Positions 1 through 10,315 of a stretch of 64,000 nt of DNA are shown here, piece by piece. The notes under the pieces were generated by a model that did not search any database, was not told the origin of the DNA, and saw only the letters and a program-made list of their open reading frames with translations. The translations under genes and the position numbers were made by a program. Numbering within the stretch: position 1 is the first letter of the stretch; every line of letters starts with the position of its first letter. Source of the stretch: Calditrichia bacterium (GTDB taxonomy: Bacteria > Calditrichota > Calditrichia > JAJRVZ01); assembly GCA_963796965.1 (NCBI GenBank), contig CAWCNS010000007.1, positions 320,001 through 384,000 of the forward strand, read 5' to 3'.

Positions 1-23
1 GGATCAGGGCAATGATAACTATT

Positions 24-224
24 TTAACTGTTACTATTATCGCTCTGTTTTTTTTTAAAAGGATGTCCTTTAATTTTTTGATATAATTCTTCTCTATATA
101 CTTCAATAGATCGTGGGGCATCAATCCCAATTTTTACTTGGTTTCCTTCAATATCAACCACAAGTAATTTAATGTTATCGCCAATGGTAATAGATTCTCC
201 CAACTTCCTTGTTAGCACCAACAT
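24..224 (-). CDS. csrA: Carbon storage regulator CsrA/RsmA
   Basis: 66 aa, [15 protein letters not shown]...VKIGIDAP...VYREE, the typical CsrA signature; GGAGG SD upstream. Confidence 0.96.
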   Translation of the reverse strand: MLVLTRKLGESITIGDNIKLLVVDIEGNQVKIGIDAPRSIEVYREELYQKIKGHPFKKKQSDNSNS

Positions 225-236
225 GGCTATACCTCC

Positions 237-1010
237 CTAAGATTTGTGTTTATTCCACACAGGTTTTCTTTTATGGAGAAATGAAATTAATCCTTCATGA
301 AAGTCTTTTGTTTGCCTGACCTTAGCGTTAAATTCGCTTGCCTCATCCAGTTTAACTTTAATTTGTTCTGTCCATTGCCTATTTAACAATTCCTTTGTTA
401 ATTTAACAGCCTGAGGCGAATTAAATCGAATGTTATCAAAGTATTCCTGTGCTGACTCCTGCAGTAAATCAGCATGAACAACCTTTTGTATCAGGCCTAT
501 CTCTTCTGCTTGATGAGCTGCAATAATCTCACCGCTTATTAACAAATATTTCGCATGTTTTAATCCGACACACTCTACAAGAAATACAGATACCAGCGCA
601 GCCACAAAGCCAATTTTAACCTCTGGGTACCCGAATTTTGAATTTTCAGATGCAATAGCCCTATCAAATAATGACATTAATCCGCACCCACCTGCGACTG
701 CTGGCCCATTTACCACGGCCAAAGTTGGTTTTGGAAATGTATAAATATTCCAAAATAGATCTTTCAAATTATTTGAATCCTCCAGGTTCTCTTGATGTGA
801 TTTATCCTGCAATGCCTTGAGATAAGACAAATCTGCACCGGCACAAAACGCGTCACCAGAACCTGTAAGCATAAGACCCAAAATAGAATCATCTTCCCTG
901 AAATCCACAACAATCTCATTGAGCTCCTGCACCATTTGATTATTTAAAGCATTTCGTTTATCCGGTCGATTTAAAGTGACGGTTAAGATTCCTTTGTCGA
1001 TTTCATGCAT
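237..1010 (-). CDS. Enoyl-CoA hydratase/isomerase family (methylglutaconyl-CoA hydratase-like)
   Basis: LNRPDKRNAL, FCAGADL, AGGCGL, FGYPEVKIG crotonase motifs; adjacent to a carboxylase beta subunit. Confidence 0.9.
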   Translation of the reverse strand: MHEIDKGILTVTLNRPDKRNALNNQMVQELNEIVVDFREDDSILGLMLTGSGDAFCAGADLSYLKALQDKSHQENLEDSNNLKDLFWNIYTFPKPTLAVVNGPAVAGGCGLMSLFDRAIASENSKFGYPEVKIGFVAALVSVFLVECVGLKHAKYLLISGEIIAAHQAEEIGLIQKVVHADLLQESAQEYFDNIRFNSPQAVKLTKELLNRQWTEQIKVKLDEASEFNAKVRQTKDFHEGLISFLHKRKPVWNKHKS

Positions 1011-1031
1011 TAACCGTTTTGTGCACTTTCG

Positions 1032-2657
1032 TCATGCTTGCAGAACTCCCGGGTTGAATTTTTCTATATTTGGGTTATTGCATACGACTTCAAGGGCGTT
1101 GATTAATACGCTTCTTGTTTCTTCGGGAAGAATTATTTCATCAATCCACAACCTGGCAGCACCATAGCGTGGATCTGTTTGATGGTCGTAAGTTTGTTTA
1201 GTTTTTTCAAAGAGCTCTTCCTGTTCAGAATTGGATAATTTTTTTCCATTTCGCTCTAATTGTTTTATGCGGATATCAACGAGAGTATTAGCCGCTTGAG
1301 CGCCACCCATAACAGCGTATCTGGCGGTCGGCCAGGCGTAGATAAATCTTGGCTCGTAGGCTTTTCCGCACATGGCATAGTGACCAGCCCCGAATGTTCC
1401 TCCAATAATTAAGCTTATTTTCGGAACTGTAGAATTGGAGACAACATTTACCATCTTTGCACCTTCCCTGATAATGCCGCTTTGCTCTGCATCTCTCCCA
1501 ACCATAAATCCATTGACATCGTGGATAAAGAGTAGTGGAATAATATTTTGATTACAATCCATAATGAATCTGGTTGCCTTCGCAGCACTTTCGCTGTAGA
1601 TCACACTTCCAAACTCAGGTGGTCTGCCCTTTTCTATATGATGTTTTTTCTGATTTGCGACAATACCGACAGAATAACCACCAATTCGGACGTAACCACA
1701 AATTATAGATCGACCATAATCCTTTTTATATTCAATCAATTCACTATTGTCTACTATTCTCGCAATAATTTCTCTTGTATCATAATCTTTAGAACCATTT
1801 TCTGACACAATGCCCTCTAGATCTTTTAGAGGATAATTGGGCTCTGTTTCTACTGTTTTTTTATATATCAAACGGCCTGTCTCGCCCATATGTGAAACCA
1901 GGTCCCTGATTCTGCTAATGGCAGAGCGATCATCCTTCTCTTTAAAATCAACAGTGCCACTTATTTCAGAATGCATCGTCGCACCGCCAAGTTCTTCCGC
2001 TTCAACAACTTGTCCAATTGCTGCCTTAACAAGAGCCGGTCCCGCTAAAAAGAGACCACTACCCTCTGTCATAATCAAAGAATCACACATTACCGGGAGA
2101 TAAGCACCACCAGCAACACACATTCCCATGATGGCCGTAATTTGTGGGATTCCCTTAGCGGACATAACAGCATTGAGATAAAATACACGTCCAAAATCAT
2201 CCGTATCAGGGAAGACATCTTCCTGTAATGGGAGAAATATACCAGAGGAATCTACAAGGTAGATGGTTGGAATTTGATTCTCAAGCGCTATTTTTTGTGC
2301 TCTTATCACTTTCTTTGCTGTCATTGGGAAGAAAGAACCGGCTTTAACCGTGGCATCATTAGCAATAATCATACATTTTTTACCGCTGATAGATCCTATC
2401 CCCGTAACGACACCCGCCGCTGGACAGCCTCCCCACTCCTCATACATTTCATAGGCGGTAAAGATACCCAATTCGTAAAATGTACTTTCTTTATCGAGAA
2501 GGTGATTTAGCCTTTCTCTTGCCGATAGCCGTCCTTTTGAATGTTGTCTTTCTATGTTTGACAGTCCTCCACCGAGCTTTATTTGTTTTCGAAGATCATT
2601 ATAGGAGCGTATGGCCTTTTTCCAATATGTCATGATTTGCTCTGCTTTGGTCATCAT
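1032..2657 (-). CDS. Acyl-CoA carboxylase carboxyltransferase beta subunit (methylcrotonyl-CoA carboxylase-like)
   Basis: RQHSKGRLSARERL, ANDATVKAG, CVAGGAY, LGGATMH, GFMVG, YGAARLWID motifs. Confidence 0.93.
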   Translation of the reverse strand: MMTKAEQIMTYWKKAIRSYNDLRKQIKLGGGLSNIERQHSKGRLSARERLNHLLDKESTFYELGIFTAYEMYEEWGGCPAAGVVTGIGSISGKKCMIIANDATVKAGSFFPMTAKKVIRAQKIALENQIPTIYLVDSSGIFLPLQEDVFPDTDDFGRVFYLNAVMSAKGIPQITAIMGMCVAGGAYLPVMCDSLIMTEGSGLFLAGPALVKAAIGQVVEAEELGGATMHSEISGTVDFKEKDDRSAISRIRDLVSHMGETGRLIYKKTVETEPNYPLKDLEGIVSENGSKDYDTREIIARIVDNSELIEYKKDYGRSIICGYVRIGGYSVGIVANQKKHHIEKGRPPEFGSVIYSESAAKATRFIMDCNQNIIPLLFIHDVNGFMVGRDAEQSGIIREGAKMVNVVSNSTVPKISLIIGGTFGAGHYAMCGKAYEPRFIYAWPTARYAVMGGAQAANTLVDIRIKQLERNGKKLSNSEQEELFEKTKQTYDHQTDPRYGAARLWIDEIILPEETRSVLINALEVVCNNPNIEKFNPGVLQA

Positions 2658-2764
2658 CTGGATTATATTTGGTAATTATATTATTATTATCGTATTCAAT
2701 AAATGCCATGAATCGGTTCCTGGTAGTATATGACTGAACAATTAAAATTGGGAACTATGAGAGT

Positions 2765-3496
2765 TTATTTGACAAGATGTAGATTAGAATTAAAAACGCT
2801 GCCTGTTATTACGCGTTCGACCCCATTCATCTTAAAACTTTTTGCGAGCGGAATGGCCATATTTTCAATATAAATATTTTCAACTTTATTTATAAAGAAT
2901 GTCGCGGTCACCGACAAATGAAATAGTTTCATAAATAAATCACTAGATTTATACCAGGCAGCAATATCCATTGGTAATAAAATTCTTTTTGACCTCCAGA
3001 AAGCATCTTCTGATTCAAGCCAATGTCTATTTTTTATTTGATTAAAAGCATCAGCACCTAAAACATTAATATAGCGATCTGTCTGTTGTAGTAGTGAAGA
3101 GGATACCCTTTTATAACCACTTAAAGAGCAACCATTTACCTGATCAGCTTCTATAAAGATATGATCACCAGGTATTTTTTTTAGGTGTTTTTTTATTTCA
3201 GCAAGGCTAAAATTTTCAACGGTGTTGTTGCGGATTTTTTTACCTAGATATATAATTTTTGTTTTTTTTAATTCAATTGCAAGAGGTTGCGAAATATTCT
3301 GAAGACTTGATGATATGAACACCTTTGCATCCAAAGGTGTTATAAATGGCTGAAGTGATAGAATAATTACTTTTTTGTCTAAGCTTTTACAGTCTTTAGC
3401 AATTCTCTGAATTAAGGCGGTTTTCCCGCCCCCTCCGATAAAAGCGATATTCTTCTCTTTATCATCTATGAAATGACGATAGAATGAGTCTTGCAT
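2765..3496 (-). CDS. Divergent YqeC-like (selenium/molybdenum hydroxylase accessory) P-loop protein
   Basis: IAFIGGGGKTALI start, IFIEAD and VLGADA motifs resemble YqeC; other motifs are degenerate. Confidence 0.6.
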   Translation of the reverse strand: MQDSFYRHFIDDKEKNIAFIGGGGKTALIQRIAKDCKSLDKKVIILSLQPFITPLDAKVFISSSLQNISQPLAIELKKTKIIYLGKKIRNNTVENFSLAEIKKHLKKIPGDHIFIEADQVNGCSLSGYKRVSSSLLQQTDRYINVLGADAFNQIKNRHWLESEDAFWRSKRILLPMDIAAWYKSSDLFMKLFHLSVTATFFINKVENIYIENMAIPLAKSFKMNGVERVITGSVFNSNLHLVK

Positions 3497-3497
3497 T

Positions 3498-3920
3498 TTA
3501 TATCTGTGGCATTAGTGGTATCCCAAAATATTTCAGCGAAGCGTCAAAAGAGAAAATAAGATTAATTTTCTTCTTGCGCACATCTTCAAAGATAAAACAG
3601 TGCCGAATCTCAATATCTGCTTGTTTTATTGAAAAGAACTGTCTCAAAGCAGCACGGTACGCCCTTCTGTTTACCCAGGAAACATTAAGATTTGATGTAA
3701 GGGATGATTGATCTATTATTTTTGAGAATTCTGTTGCAATGCTCAAACCACATTGAGTTTTTATTTTTGTGATAGCTCTTGTGATTTCATTGATATTCGT
3801 GTATAATTTGGTACCGGTATCTAATAGTTGTTGATAATACTCTTTTGCTGCGTCATGATGTTGATGTTCTGGATCGACTAGCGCATACCAGCCTGTGGCG
3901 TCAACAAATACTTTTATCAT
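3498..3920 (-). CDS. PIN-domain (VapC-like) protein
   Basis: VFVDATGWYAL...D..H..A, NE, FSFD motifs; overlaps the upstream AbrB-type gene. Confidence 0.85.
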   Translation of the reverse strand: MIKVFVDATGWYALVDPEHQHHDAAKEYYQQLLDTGTKLYTNINEITRAITKIKTQCGLSIATEFSKIIDQSSLTSNLNVSWVNRRAYRAALRQFFSIKQADIEIRHCFIFEDVRKKKINLIFSFDASLKYFGIPLMPQI

Positions 3921-4129
3921 TCTGTATCCATATCTTTTACATCAGAGAGATTTAAAATCTGAGAAAGTGGATTTTTCTGTATCGTTACTTCAAATCTTTT
4001 ACTTCTAATTTTTTTTAACAGAATCTCTATCTTATCGCCTTCAGCAAGACGTAATCGATCTCTAATTTCCTGAGGGACCTGTAACCTGCCCTCTTCTTCC
4101 ACTTCTGCGATAAAAGTGCCTGTTTTCAT
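3917..4129 (-). CDS. AbrB/MazE/SpoVT-family DNA-binding protein (VapB-like antitoxin)
   Basis: EEGRLQVPQEIRDRLRLAEGDKIEI swapped-hairpin motif; 4-nt overlap with the PIN gene. Confidence 0.85.
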   Translation of the reverse strand: MKTGTFIAEVEEEGRLQVPQEIRDRLRLAEGDKIEILLKKIRSKRFEVTIQKNPLSQILNLSDVKDMDTE

Positions 4130-4134
4130 TCTTT

Positions 4135-5022
4135 CTAGTCCTCTAAATACCAGGTGATAAATTCATTGGTATCAAACACACCATCCTCGCAGATAACCTT
4201 ACCAACATACTCAAACGGTATCATCTCGAAATAGTAGTTTGATACATTTAATATCTTGCTTTTTCTTGAATAGATTTCAGTTGGATCCTGTGGATAGAAT
4301 CGGACCGAGCGGTCAATTTCTTTAAGAATTTTATCAGTTTCTGCTGCAAGGAAGAAAGGGACCTGGTATTGTTTTGAAATAATGGCTAATGGAAGTGTAC
4401 CTGATTTATTTACAAATCCACTCTCAGAGATTCGATCAGCTCCTGAGATAATTACATTTACTTCCTGAATCGCATGTCCCATCATAGCATCGGTCATAAG
4501 GACGCAAGGAATGCCGTGTTTTGCTAACTCTTCCGCAAAAGCATGACCCTCATTTTGTGGTCTGCTTTCAAGGCAATAGACAGTGAACTTGCGATTCATT
4601 TTATGGGCTGTAATAAATATTTCCTTAACCAAAGAACTTGCGCTAATTGTAAGAATCTTGCTGTTGTTTAGAACAAGTTTTGCCCCGAAACTACCAATCT
4701 TTTTTCGATGTTGTTCAGAGGTTTTTATAACACTCTGTATTTTTATTTTACTTGCAGATTTTATTTCCTCTACCGACTTATCTGCTTTTAAAAGACGTTT
4801 TGTGTGGTATACAATCCCGGTAACCTTTTTTCTGATGGCTACCATATTGGGCTGTGCCTTAATAATGGTTTTAGCATACTTGCCAAATGCATCCACAAGA
4901 TTGTCAGGCGTTTGTTCGTTACTACTTTCCATATACTCAGAAAGCAATAATAACGATTCCTGGCTCAATTTAAATGATCCTGAAAAATTATCTTTCCCTA
5001 TTTTATCAACTGCTTTAGCCAT
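4135..5022 (-). CDS. eIF2B alpha/beta/delta-family protein (aIF-2B-like)
   Basis: AQPNMVAI, LTISASSLV, ESRPQNEG, GAD, NKSGT motifs; start moved to the ATG at 5022 (MAKAV) just after the cutA stop. Confidence 0.85.
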   Translation of the reverse strand: MAKAVDKIGKDNFSGSFKLSQESLLLLSEYMESSNEQTPDNLVDAFGKYAKTIIKAQPNMVAIRKKVTGIVYHTKRLLKADKSVEEIKSASKIKIQSVIKTSEQHRKKIGSFGAKLVLNNSKILTISASSLVKEIFITAHKMNRKFTVYCLESRPQNEGHAFAEELAKHGIPCVLMTDAMMGHAIQEVNVIISGADRISESGFVNKSGTLPLAIISKQYQVPFFLAAETDKILKEIDRSVRFYPQDPTEIYSRKSKILNVSNYYFEMIPFEYVGKVICEDGVFDTNEFITWYLED

Positions 5023-5026
5023 CTTC

Positions 5027-5356
5027 TTATCCTTTTCGCTCCAAACATTCAATAATCCAATCAAAATATGCTGCAGATCCCGTATCAATTTGATTTGCTA
5101 TAATTTCCGGAACAGAATAACTATGAATCATTTTAATTTCTTTTTCTAGCTGTTCATACATCTTTTGAGTTGTCTTTATCAATAACAATACTTCGCTGCT
5201 CTCCTTGACCTCCCCTTTCCAGCAATAAACAGACGAGACTGAAGGAATAATATTGCAACAAGCGGCTAGTTGCTTTTCAACAACTGTTCGTGCAATAGTT
5301 TTAGCTTCCTCGACATTAGCGGTAGTACAATATACCATTAAAATTGAATCATTCAT
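5027..5356 (-). CDS. cutA: Divalent-cation tolerance protein CutA
   Basis: LAACCNI...SVYCWKG...E.LLLIKT...HSYSVPEI. Confidence 0.95.
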   Translation of the reverse strand: MNDSILMVYCTTANVEEAKTIARTVVEKQLAACCNIIPSVSSVYCWKGEVKESSEVLLLIKTTQKMYEQLEKEIKMIHSYSVPEIIANQIDTGSAAYFDWIIECLERKG

Positions 5357-5516
5357 TGCAGAAATCCTTGTAGTAATTATTCTAGTCTAAGCATTTGTAG
5401 CATTCAAATCAAGGGATAAAACAAGCCGGCCGAAATGTTCGGGATGCCTGTAATTAAGCAGAAACACGACAACTAAATAAAAGTAAATAATATATTAAAA
5501 CAATATATTTAAAGTA

Positions 5517-6086
5517 TTAGATGAAATTTTTAATAAAATAGCGGTGAATTTCTAGATTCTCTGTAAGTTCGGGGTGAAAAGTGGCAGCAAGGATATTACC
5601 TTCCTCGACCATTACAGCATCATTATTGTGTTTGGCCAATACCTTTACCTTGCTCCCGATCTGACCAATCTTTGGGGCCCTGATAAATATCCCCGGAAAG
5701 GTATTTGTTTTGCCATTAAGGCAAATGGATACATTGTCTATAAATGAATCTCTCTGCCGCCCGTAGGCGTTTCTTTTGACGGTAATATCTATTAACCCAA
5801 GTGGATTGTACGGCAGGTCGTCCGCTTTTTTACTTAGAACAATCAAACCTGCACACGTGCCCATTATGGGGTGATCCTGGGCAAATTTGATAATATCATC
5901 AGCGAGGCCAAATTCAGCAAACAGGCGCACAAAAGTAGTTGATTCGCCGCCTGGTATGATTAGAGCATCAATATTAGACAGATCTTTTCCTTTTCGTATT
6001 TCGAATGCTTGATAACCGAGAGCCTCAACAGCAAGACAATGTTTAATAAAATCTCCCTGAATTGCCAGAACGCCTATATTGCTCAC
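5517..6086 (-). CDS. pdxT: Pyridoxal 5'-phosphate synthase glutaminase subunit
   Basis: GVLAIQG, PGGEST, GTCAG, RNAYGRQ, FIRAP, FHPE; GTG start abutting pdxS. Confidence 0.97.
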   Translation of the reverse strand: MSNIGVLAIQGDFIKHCLAVEALGYQAFEIRKGKDLSNIDALIIPGGESTTFVRLFAEFGLADDIIKFAQDHPIMGTCAGLIVLSKKADDLPYNPLGLIDITVKRNAYGRQRDSFIDNVSICLNGKTNTFPGIFIRAPKIGQIGSKVKVLAKHNNDAVMVEEGNILAATFHPELTENLEIHRYFIKNFI

Positions 6087-6968
6087 CTACCACCCTCTTG
6101 TTTGCAATAGTTGGTCTTCGGGCAACTTAGATACATCTATTCCGGGCATGGCATCACCTAATCCCTCACTGGCTTTGGCGACCATATCTGGATCTTTATA
6201 ATGTGTGGTTGCCACCACCACCGCTTTTGCTCTGGCGGCCGGATCGTTTGATTTAAATATTCCCGATCCTACAAAAACAGATTCGGCGCCCAGCTGCATC
6301 ATCAGAGAGGCATCAGCCGGTGTTGCAATACCTCCGGCGGCGAAATTAGGAACTGGTAATTTTCCTTTTTCTTTGACATATTGAACAAGTGACAATGTGC
6401 TCCCAATCTTTTTAGCATAAGAAACTAATTCAGCATCATCCAGTATTTGGATTTCCTTGATAGCCCTTTGAACCATTCTCATATGACGCACGGCTTCTAC
6501 AATATCACCAGAACCGGCCTCACCCTTTGTCCTGATCATTGCAGCGCCTTCTGATATTCTTCTCAATGCCTCTCCTATTTCCCGGCATCCACACACAACG
6601 GGAATTTTAAAATCATGCTTCCATATATGATTTTCTTCATCTGCAGGCGTTAAGACTTCGCTCTCATCAATAAAATCTATCCCCAGACTTTCCAATACTT
6701 GTGCTTCGGCAAAGTGGCCTATCCTGCATTTGGCCATCACCGGAATTGATACTATTTTTTGTATCTCTTTTATCATTTTGGGATTGGACATACGGGCGAC
6801 TCCGCCATCAGAACGAATATCTGCAGGAATTCTTTCAAGCGCCATTACGGCAACGGCTCCTGCATCTTCGGCAATTTTTGCCTGATCAGGATTTGTAACA
6901 TCCATGATCACACCGCCTTTAAGCATTTCTGCCAGACCAACTTTTAACAGAAATTCTTTGTTCATCAT
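6087..6968 (-). CDS. pdxS: Pyridoxal 5'-phosphate synthase lyase subunit
   Basis: [35 protein letters not shown], ends in RGW. Confidence 0.98.
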   Translation of the reverse strand: MMNKEFLLKVGLAEMLKGGVIMDVTNPDQAKIAEDAGAVAVMALERIPADIRSDGGVARMSNPKMIKEIQKIVSIPVMAKCRIGHFAEAQVLESLGIDFIDESEVLTPADEENHIWKHDFKIPVVCGCREIGEALRRISEGAAMIRTKGEAGSGDIVEAVRHMRMVQRAIKEIQILDDAELVSYAKKIGSTLSLVQYVKEKGKLPVPNFAAGGIATPADASLMMQLGAESVFVGSGIFKSNDPAARAKAVVVATTHYKDPDMVAKASEGLGDAMPGIDVSKLPEDQLLQTRGW

Positions 6969-7096
6969 CTCTATTCTCCTGTTTCTTTTAAACTTATTAA
7001 TTTAGCACCACGCCCCAATAAAGTCAATAAACATGGATCATATCGATTACTTTAACGTATTCTTTTTTTCAGAATCTTACATCAAATCTTTTGCTA

Positions 7097-7330
7097 TCTC
7101 ACGCAACGTTGCGGCGCCGCTACGATTATATAAATTTTTAATCTAACAAGAACATAATTATAATGAATTAGAATATTTTCTTTACTTTGTGTTTTAAATA
7201 CTGTTTTTTCTCTTTTAGAGTGATAGGTGGCTTGAATTTAATTTTTCCGGATGCCTAAGGGGTTATTTAGATACTTCCTTTTGGGGTATTTATCATTCGC
7301 AGATAAAAAGCATTGCGGCGCTGCGTGAGA
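7097..7330. repeat. Inverted-arm intergenic repeat (tctcacgcaacg...cgctgcgtgaga)
   Basis: Left arm 7097-7124 and right arm 7311-7330 are imperfect reverse complements around an AT-rich spacer; relatives at 21.9, 31.26 and 35.3 kb. Confidence 0.75.
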
Positions 7331-7348
7331 TGATTTCCTGTCCTTTTG

Positions 7349-8362
7349 CTATATGGATTCTTTAATTAACTTCTTGGAGATACTCTCAATTGTAGAGGGG
7401 ATAAGTTTAATAAAACCATGTAATAATAGACTGCTTATATGTCTATAAGCCAGGGGTCCTGCGAAAAAAAGATTGTGCATTGATTTTGATTCGCCACTAA
7501 TATTTATATTTGGAAACTTTGTTTTAAGATCAACATTAACATTTAAATCATGAATAGGATTTAGATCGGCGTTATATCCGGTTGCACAGATTATTGCCTG
7601 GGCCTCAAGCGTTCCCTCTTCAAAATGAATTGTATTTCCTTCAACCTTTAATATTTTTTCGCCGGAAACATGACGAATGATTTGCATATTTATTAATTCC
7701 ATTAAATAACTTTCTGAAATACCGCGGATATGACATAAATTCTTTGTTTGACTAAAGAATTTTAGTTTGCCCCTAGACAGAAGATAAACCTGAGAATATC
7801 CTGCAAGGCTAATCGCCGTTTCAGCAGCGCTATTTCCACTCCCAATAATAACAACTCTTTTATTGCGAAAGGCATCAACTGATTTGAATTGATGTGAGTG
7901 CATAACAATTGGATTTCCCCTTAATCCAGGTATATTTGGAATAAAGGGATTCCCAAAAAAACCGGTAACATTTAAAATTATTCTGGCACGATATTTATTT
8001 TCACCTGTAGAAATTTCAAAAAGACCATCTTTCTGCCTGATAGAGGTTACGGAAGAGTTGGTTTCTATATTTAAATTGAAATGGTCAGTATATTTAATAA
8101 GATAATCGACAAATTCTGAGGCATAACAATAAGGTCGTGTTATATCCAGTTTCCAGATTGGGAAATGGGTAGAAATACTTGTCCAGTCCCTCTGGGGCAG
8201 GCAGGGTGAAAGCATAAGCATGTCTTCACGTATATCCTGCCAAGACTGCGCTATTCCCCCTCTTTCAAGTATAACATAATCAAGCCCTCTCGCCTGGGCC
8301 TCCTCACCTGCCCTTAACCCGGCTGGCCCCCCGCCTATAATTACCAGATCTTTATCACGCAT
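7349..8362 (-). CDS. FAD/NAD(P)-dependent oxidoreductase (YpdA/thioredoxin-reductase-like family)
   Basis: IIGGGPAG and IIGSGNSA dinucleotide-binding motifs, ATGY. Confidence 0.85.
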   Translation of the reverse strand: MRDKDLVIIGGGPAGLRAGEEAQARGLDYVILERGGIAQSWQDIREDMLMLSPCLPQRDWTSISTHFPIWKLDITRPYCYASEFVDYLIKYTDHFNLNIETNSSVTSIRQKDGLFEISTGENKYRARIILNVTGFFGNPFIPNIPGLRGNPIVMHSHQFKSVDAFRNKRVVIIGSGNSAAETAISLAGYSQVYLLSRGKLKFFSQTKNLCHIRGISESYLMELINMQIIRHVSGEKILKVEGNTIHFEEGTLEAQAIICATGYNADLNPIHDLNVNVDLKTKFPNINISGESKSMHNLFFAGPLAYRHISSLLLHGFIKLIPSTIESISKKLIKESI

Positions 8363-8370
8363 TAATTTTC

Positions 8371-9300
8371 CTAAATAAATAGATAGTTTTTTTCCAGATG
8401 ATTCATGATCAATTTAGCAATATCTCTTCCAACCCTCTCCTGAGACTCAACGGTAGAGGCGCCTATATGTGGCGTAGGGAATACTCGTGGATGTTGTATC
8501 AATGAAAAATCGCCAGGTGGCTCATCTTGAAAGACATCAATCCCAGCGCCGGCAATAGTTTCGCTATCAAGTGCTGATAGGAGCTCCTGTTCATTAACAA
8601 TGCCTCCTCGTGCACAATTAACCAGATAGGCATTTGACTTCATCAGAATTAGTTCTTTCATACCTATGAGGTTGGTACTTTGCTCATTTTTTGGTAAATG
8701 CAGCGACACATAATCAGATTTTTGAAAGATTGATTTAAAATCTACAAGTTCAAACTCAAAACCAGGAGATCGTAATACGGGTTTTGTTTTATAAACTAAT
8801 ATCTGCATACCTAAACCAGATGCCATCTTACCGACACGCTGGCCGATCTGACCAAATCCAATCAAACCTAATGTTTTACCTGCGATCTCATGGCCCATCA
8901 GATTTGATTTATCCCATTTTCCGATCTTTAAAGAATGTGACGCATGATATAAATTGCGGCTGAGGGATAGCAGGAGTCCTATGGTTAGTTCTGCAACGGC
9001 CTGAGAGTTGCATCCTGGCGTGTTAAATACCTCAATACCCTTCTGTTTTGCATAATCTACATCTATATTGTCTAACCCCGATCCTGCTCGTCCAATAACT
9101 TTTAAGTTTTTTGCAGCATCGATCACTTCCTTATCAATATTTGTTGCACTTCTAACAATTATTGAATGGTAGGTCGGTATCTTTCTTAAAATTTCCGAGT
9201 GGCTGAGTCCATATTCCAGGTTGAGTTCATAGTTTGGACTTAACTGAAATACTTCTAATGCGCTATCAGGCAATTTATCTGAAATAAATATCTTATACAT
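8371..9300 (-). CDS. serA: D-2-hydroxyacid dehydrogenase (phosphoglycerate dehydrogenase-like, no ACT domain)
   Basis: RAGSGLDNID, AVAELT, GLIGFGQIG, NCARGG, TPHIGAST. Confidence 0.8.
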   Translation of the reverse strand: MYKIFISDKLPDSALEVFQLSPNYELNLEYGLSHSEILRKIPTYHSIIVRSATNIDKEVIDAAKNLKVIGRAGSGLDNIDVDYAKQKGIEVFNTPGCNSQAVAELTIGLLLSLSRNLYHASHSLKIGKWDKSNLMGHEIAGKTLGLIGFGQIGQRVGKMASGLGMQILVYKTKPVLRSPGFEFELVDFKSIFQKSDYVSLHLPKNEQSTNLIGMKELILMKSNAYLVNCARGGIVNEQELLSALDSETIAGAGIDVFQDEPPGDFSLIQHPRVFPTPHIGASTVESQERVGRDIAKLIMNHLEKNYLFI

Positions 9301-9380
9301 TATTTTAGGGATTTAATAGGTTTGACTTGCTCAAACTACCGAAAAGTATTCCACCGTGACACACCCATTCAATTCCAATA

Positions 9381-9959
9381 TTACCAACTAGAGATGTTCT
9401 CAATGAGGGCAAATATTTCTTCCCGTCCTGTTTTTTTTAAGGCCGAGAATGTGCAAATGCTTATATCTGAGAACTGATTCTTAATTTTTAATTTTATTGA
9501 TCGGACCTGATTTTTAGAAATCTTATCGCTTTTTGTAAGTATAATGGCAAATGGTATATTATAATAATTTAACCACTCAATCATTATCTGGTCGATGGGT
9601 AATATACCATGCCTAATATCAATTAACAGAAGTATGAGTTTAAGATAGTCATTATTTTTTAGATACGATTCAATGCTCTTCTGCCATTTATCCCGCTCTG
9701 TTTTGGACAATTTTGCATAGCCGTAACCTGGCAAGTCAACAAAATAGATATGCTCATCTATCTGAAAATAATTGAGTAAACGCGTCTTCCCGGGGGTAGA
9801 ACTTATTTTGGCGAGATTCTTTCTATTAAACAAAACATTGATTAGAGAAGACTTTCCAACATTTGATCGTCCAACAACAGCCACCTCAGGAAGGTCCGGA
9901 GATGGTTTTTGGTCAATGTGTGTAGCGCTTTTAATAAATTGAACTTTGTGAATATTCAT
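9381..9959 (-). CDS. engB: Ribosome biogenesis GTPase EngB/YsxC
   Basis: GRSNVGKSS, STPGKT, DLPGYG, TKSDK. Confidence 0.96.
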   Translation of the reverse strand: MNIHKVQFIKSATHIDQKPSPDLPEVAVVGRSNVGKSSLINVLFNRKNLAKISSTPGKTRLLNYFQIDEHIYFVDLPGYGYAKLSKTERDKWQKSIESYLKNNDYLKLILLLIDIRHGILPIDQIMIEWLNYYNIPFAIILTKSDKISKNQVRSIKLKIKNQFSDISICTFSALKKTGREEIFALIENISSW

Positions 9960-9977
9960 AAAGACTATTCGTATTAT

Positions 9978-10301
9978 TTACATGTGTTTGTCGATTTTAG
10001 ATTCAATCATAGATTTCGGTACGGCTCCAACAATTTGGTCAACAACTTCTCCGCCCTTGAATACGAGCATAGTCGGAATAGATCTTATCCCATATTTCAT
10101 GGCTGTGTCAGGATTATTATCCACGTCCATTTTAGCAACTTTCAGACTTCCCTCTTTCTCAGAAGCCAATTCTTCAACAATTGGTGCAACCATTCTACAA
10201 GGTGCGCACCAAACCGCCCAGAAATCAACTAATACGGGAAGATCCGATTTTATAACTTCATCTTCAAAAGTTGCATCCGTTACTTCTACGTACTTACCCA
10301 T
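9978..10301 (-). CDS. trxA: Thioredoxin
   Basis: VDFWAVWCAPC, YGIRSIPT; start placed at the ATG after GGAGGT. Confidence 0.96.
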   Translation of the reverse strand: MGKYVEVTDATFEDEVIKSDLPVLVDFWAVWCAPCRMVAPIVEELASEKEGSLKVAKMDVDNNPDTAMKYGIRSIPTMLVFKGGEVVDQIVGAVPKSMIESKIDKHM

Positions 10302-10315
10302 CATAACCTCCACTA

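Noticed and set aside
4583..5149. Plus-strand ORFs in the track (for example 4583-5149, 9982-10386, 56567-56992, 61029-61457)
   Set aside because: They are antisense shadows of well-supported minus-strand genes and have no recognisable motifs.
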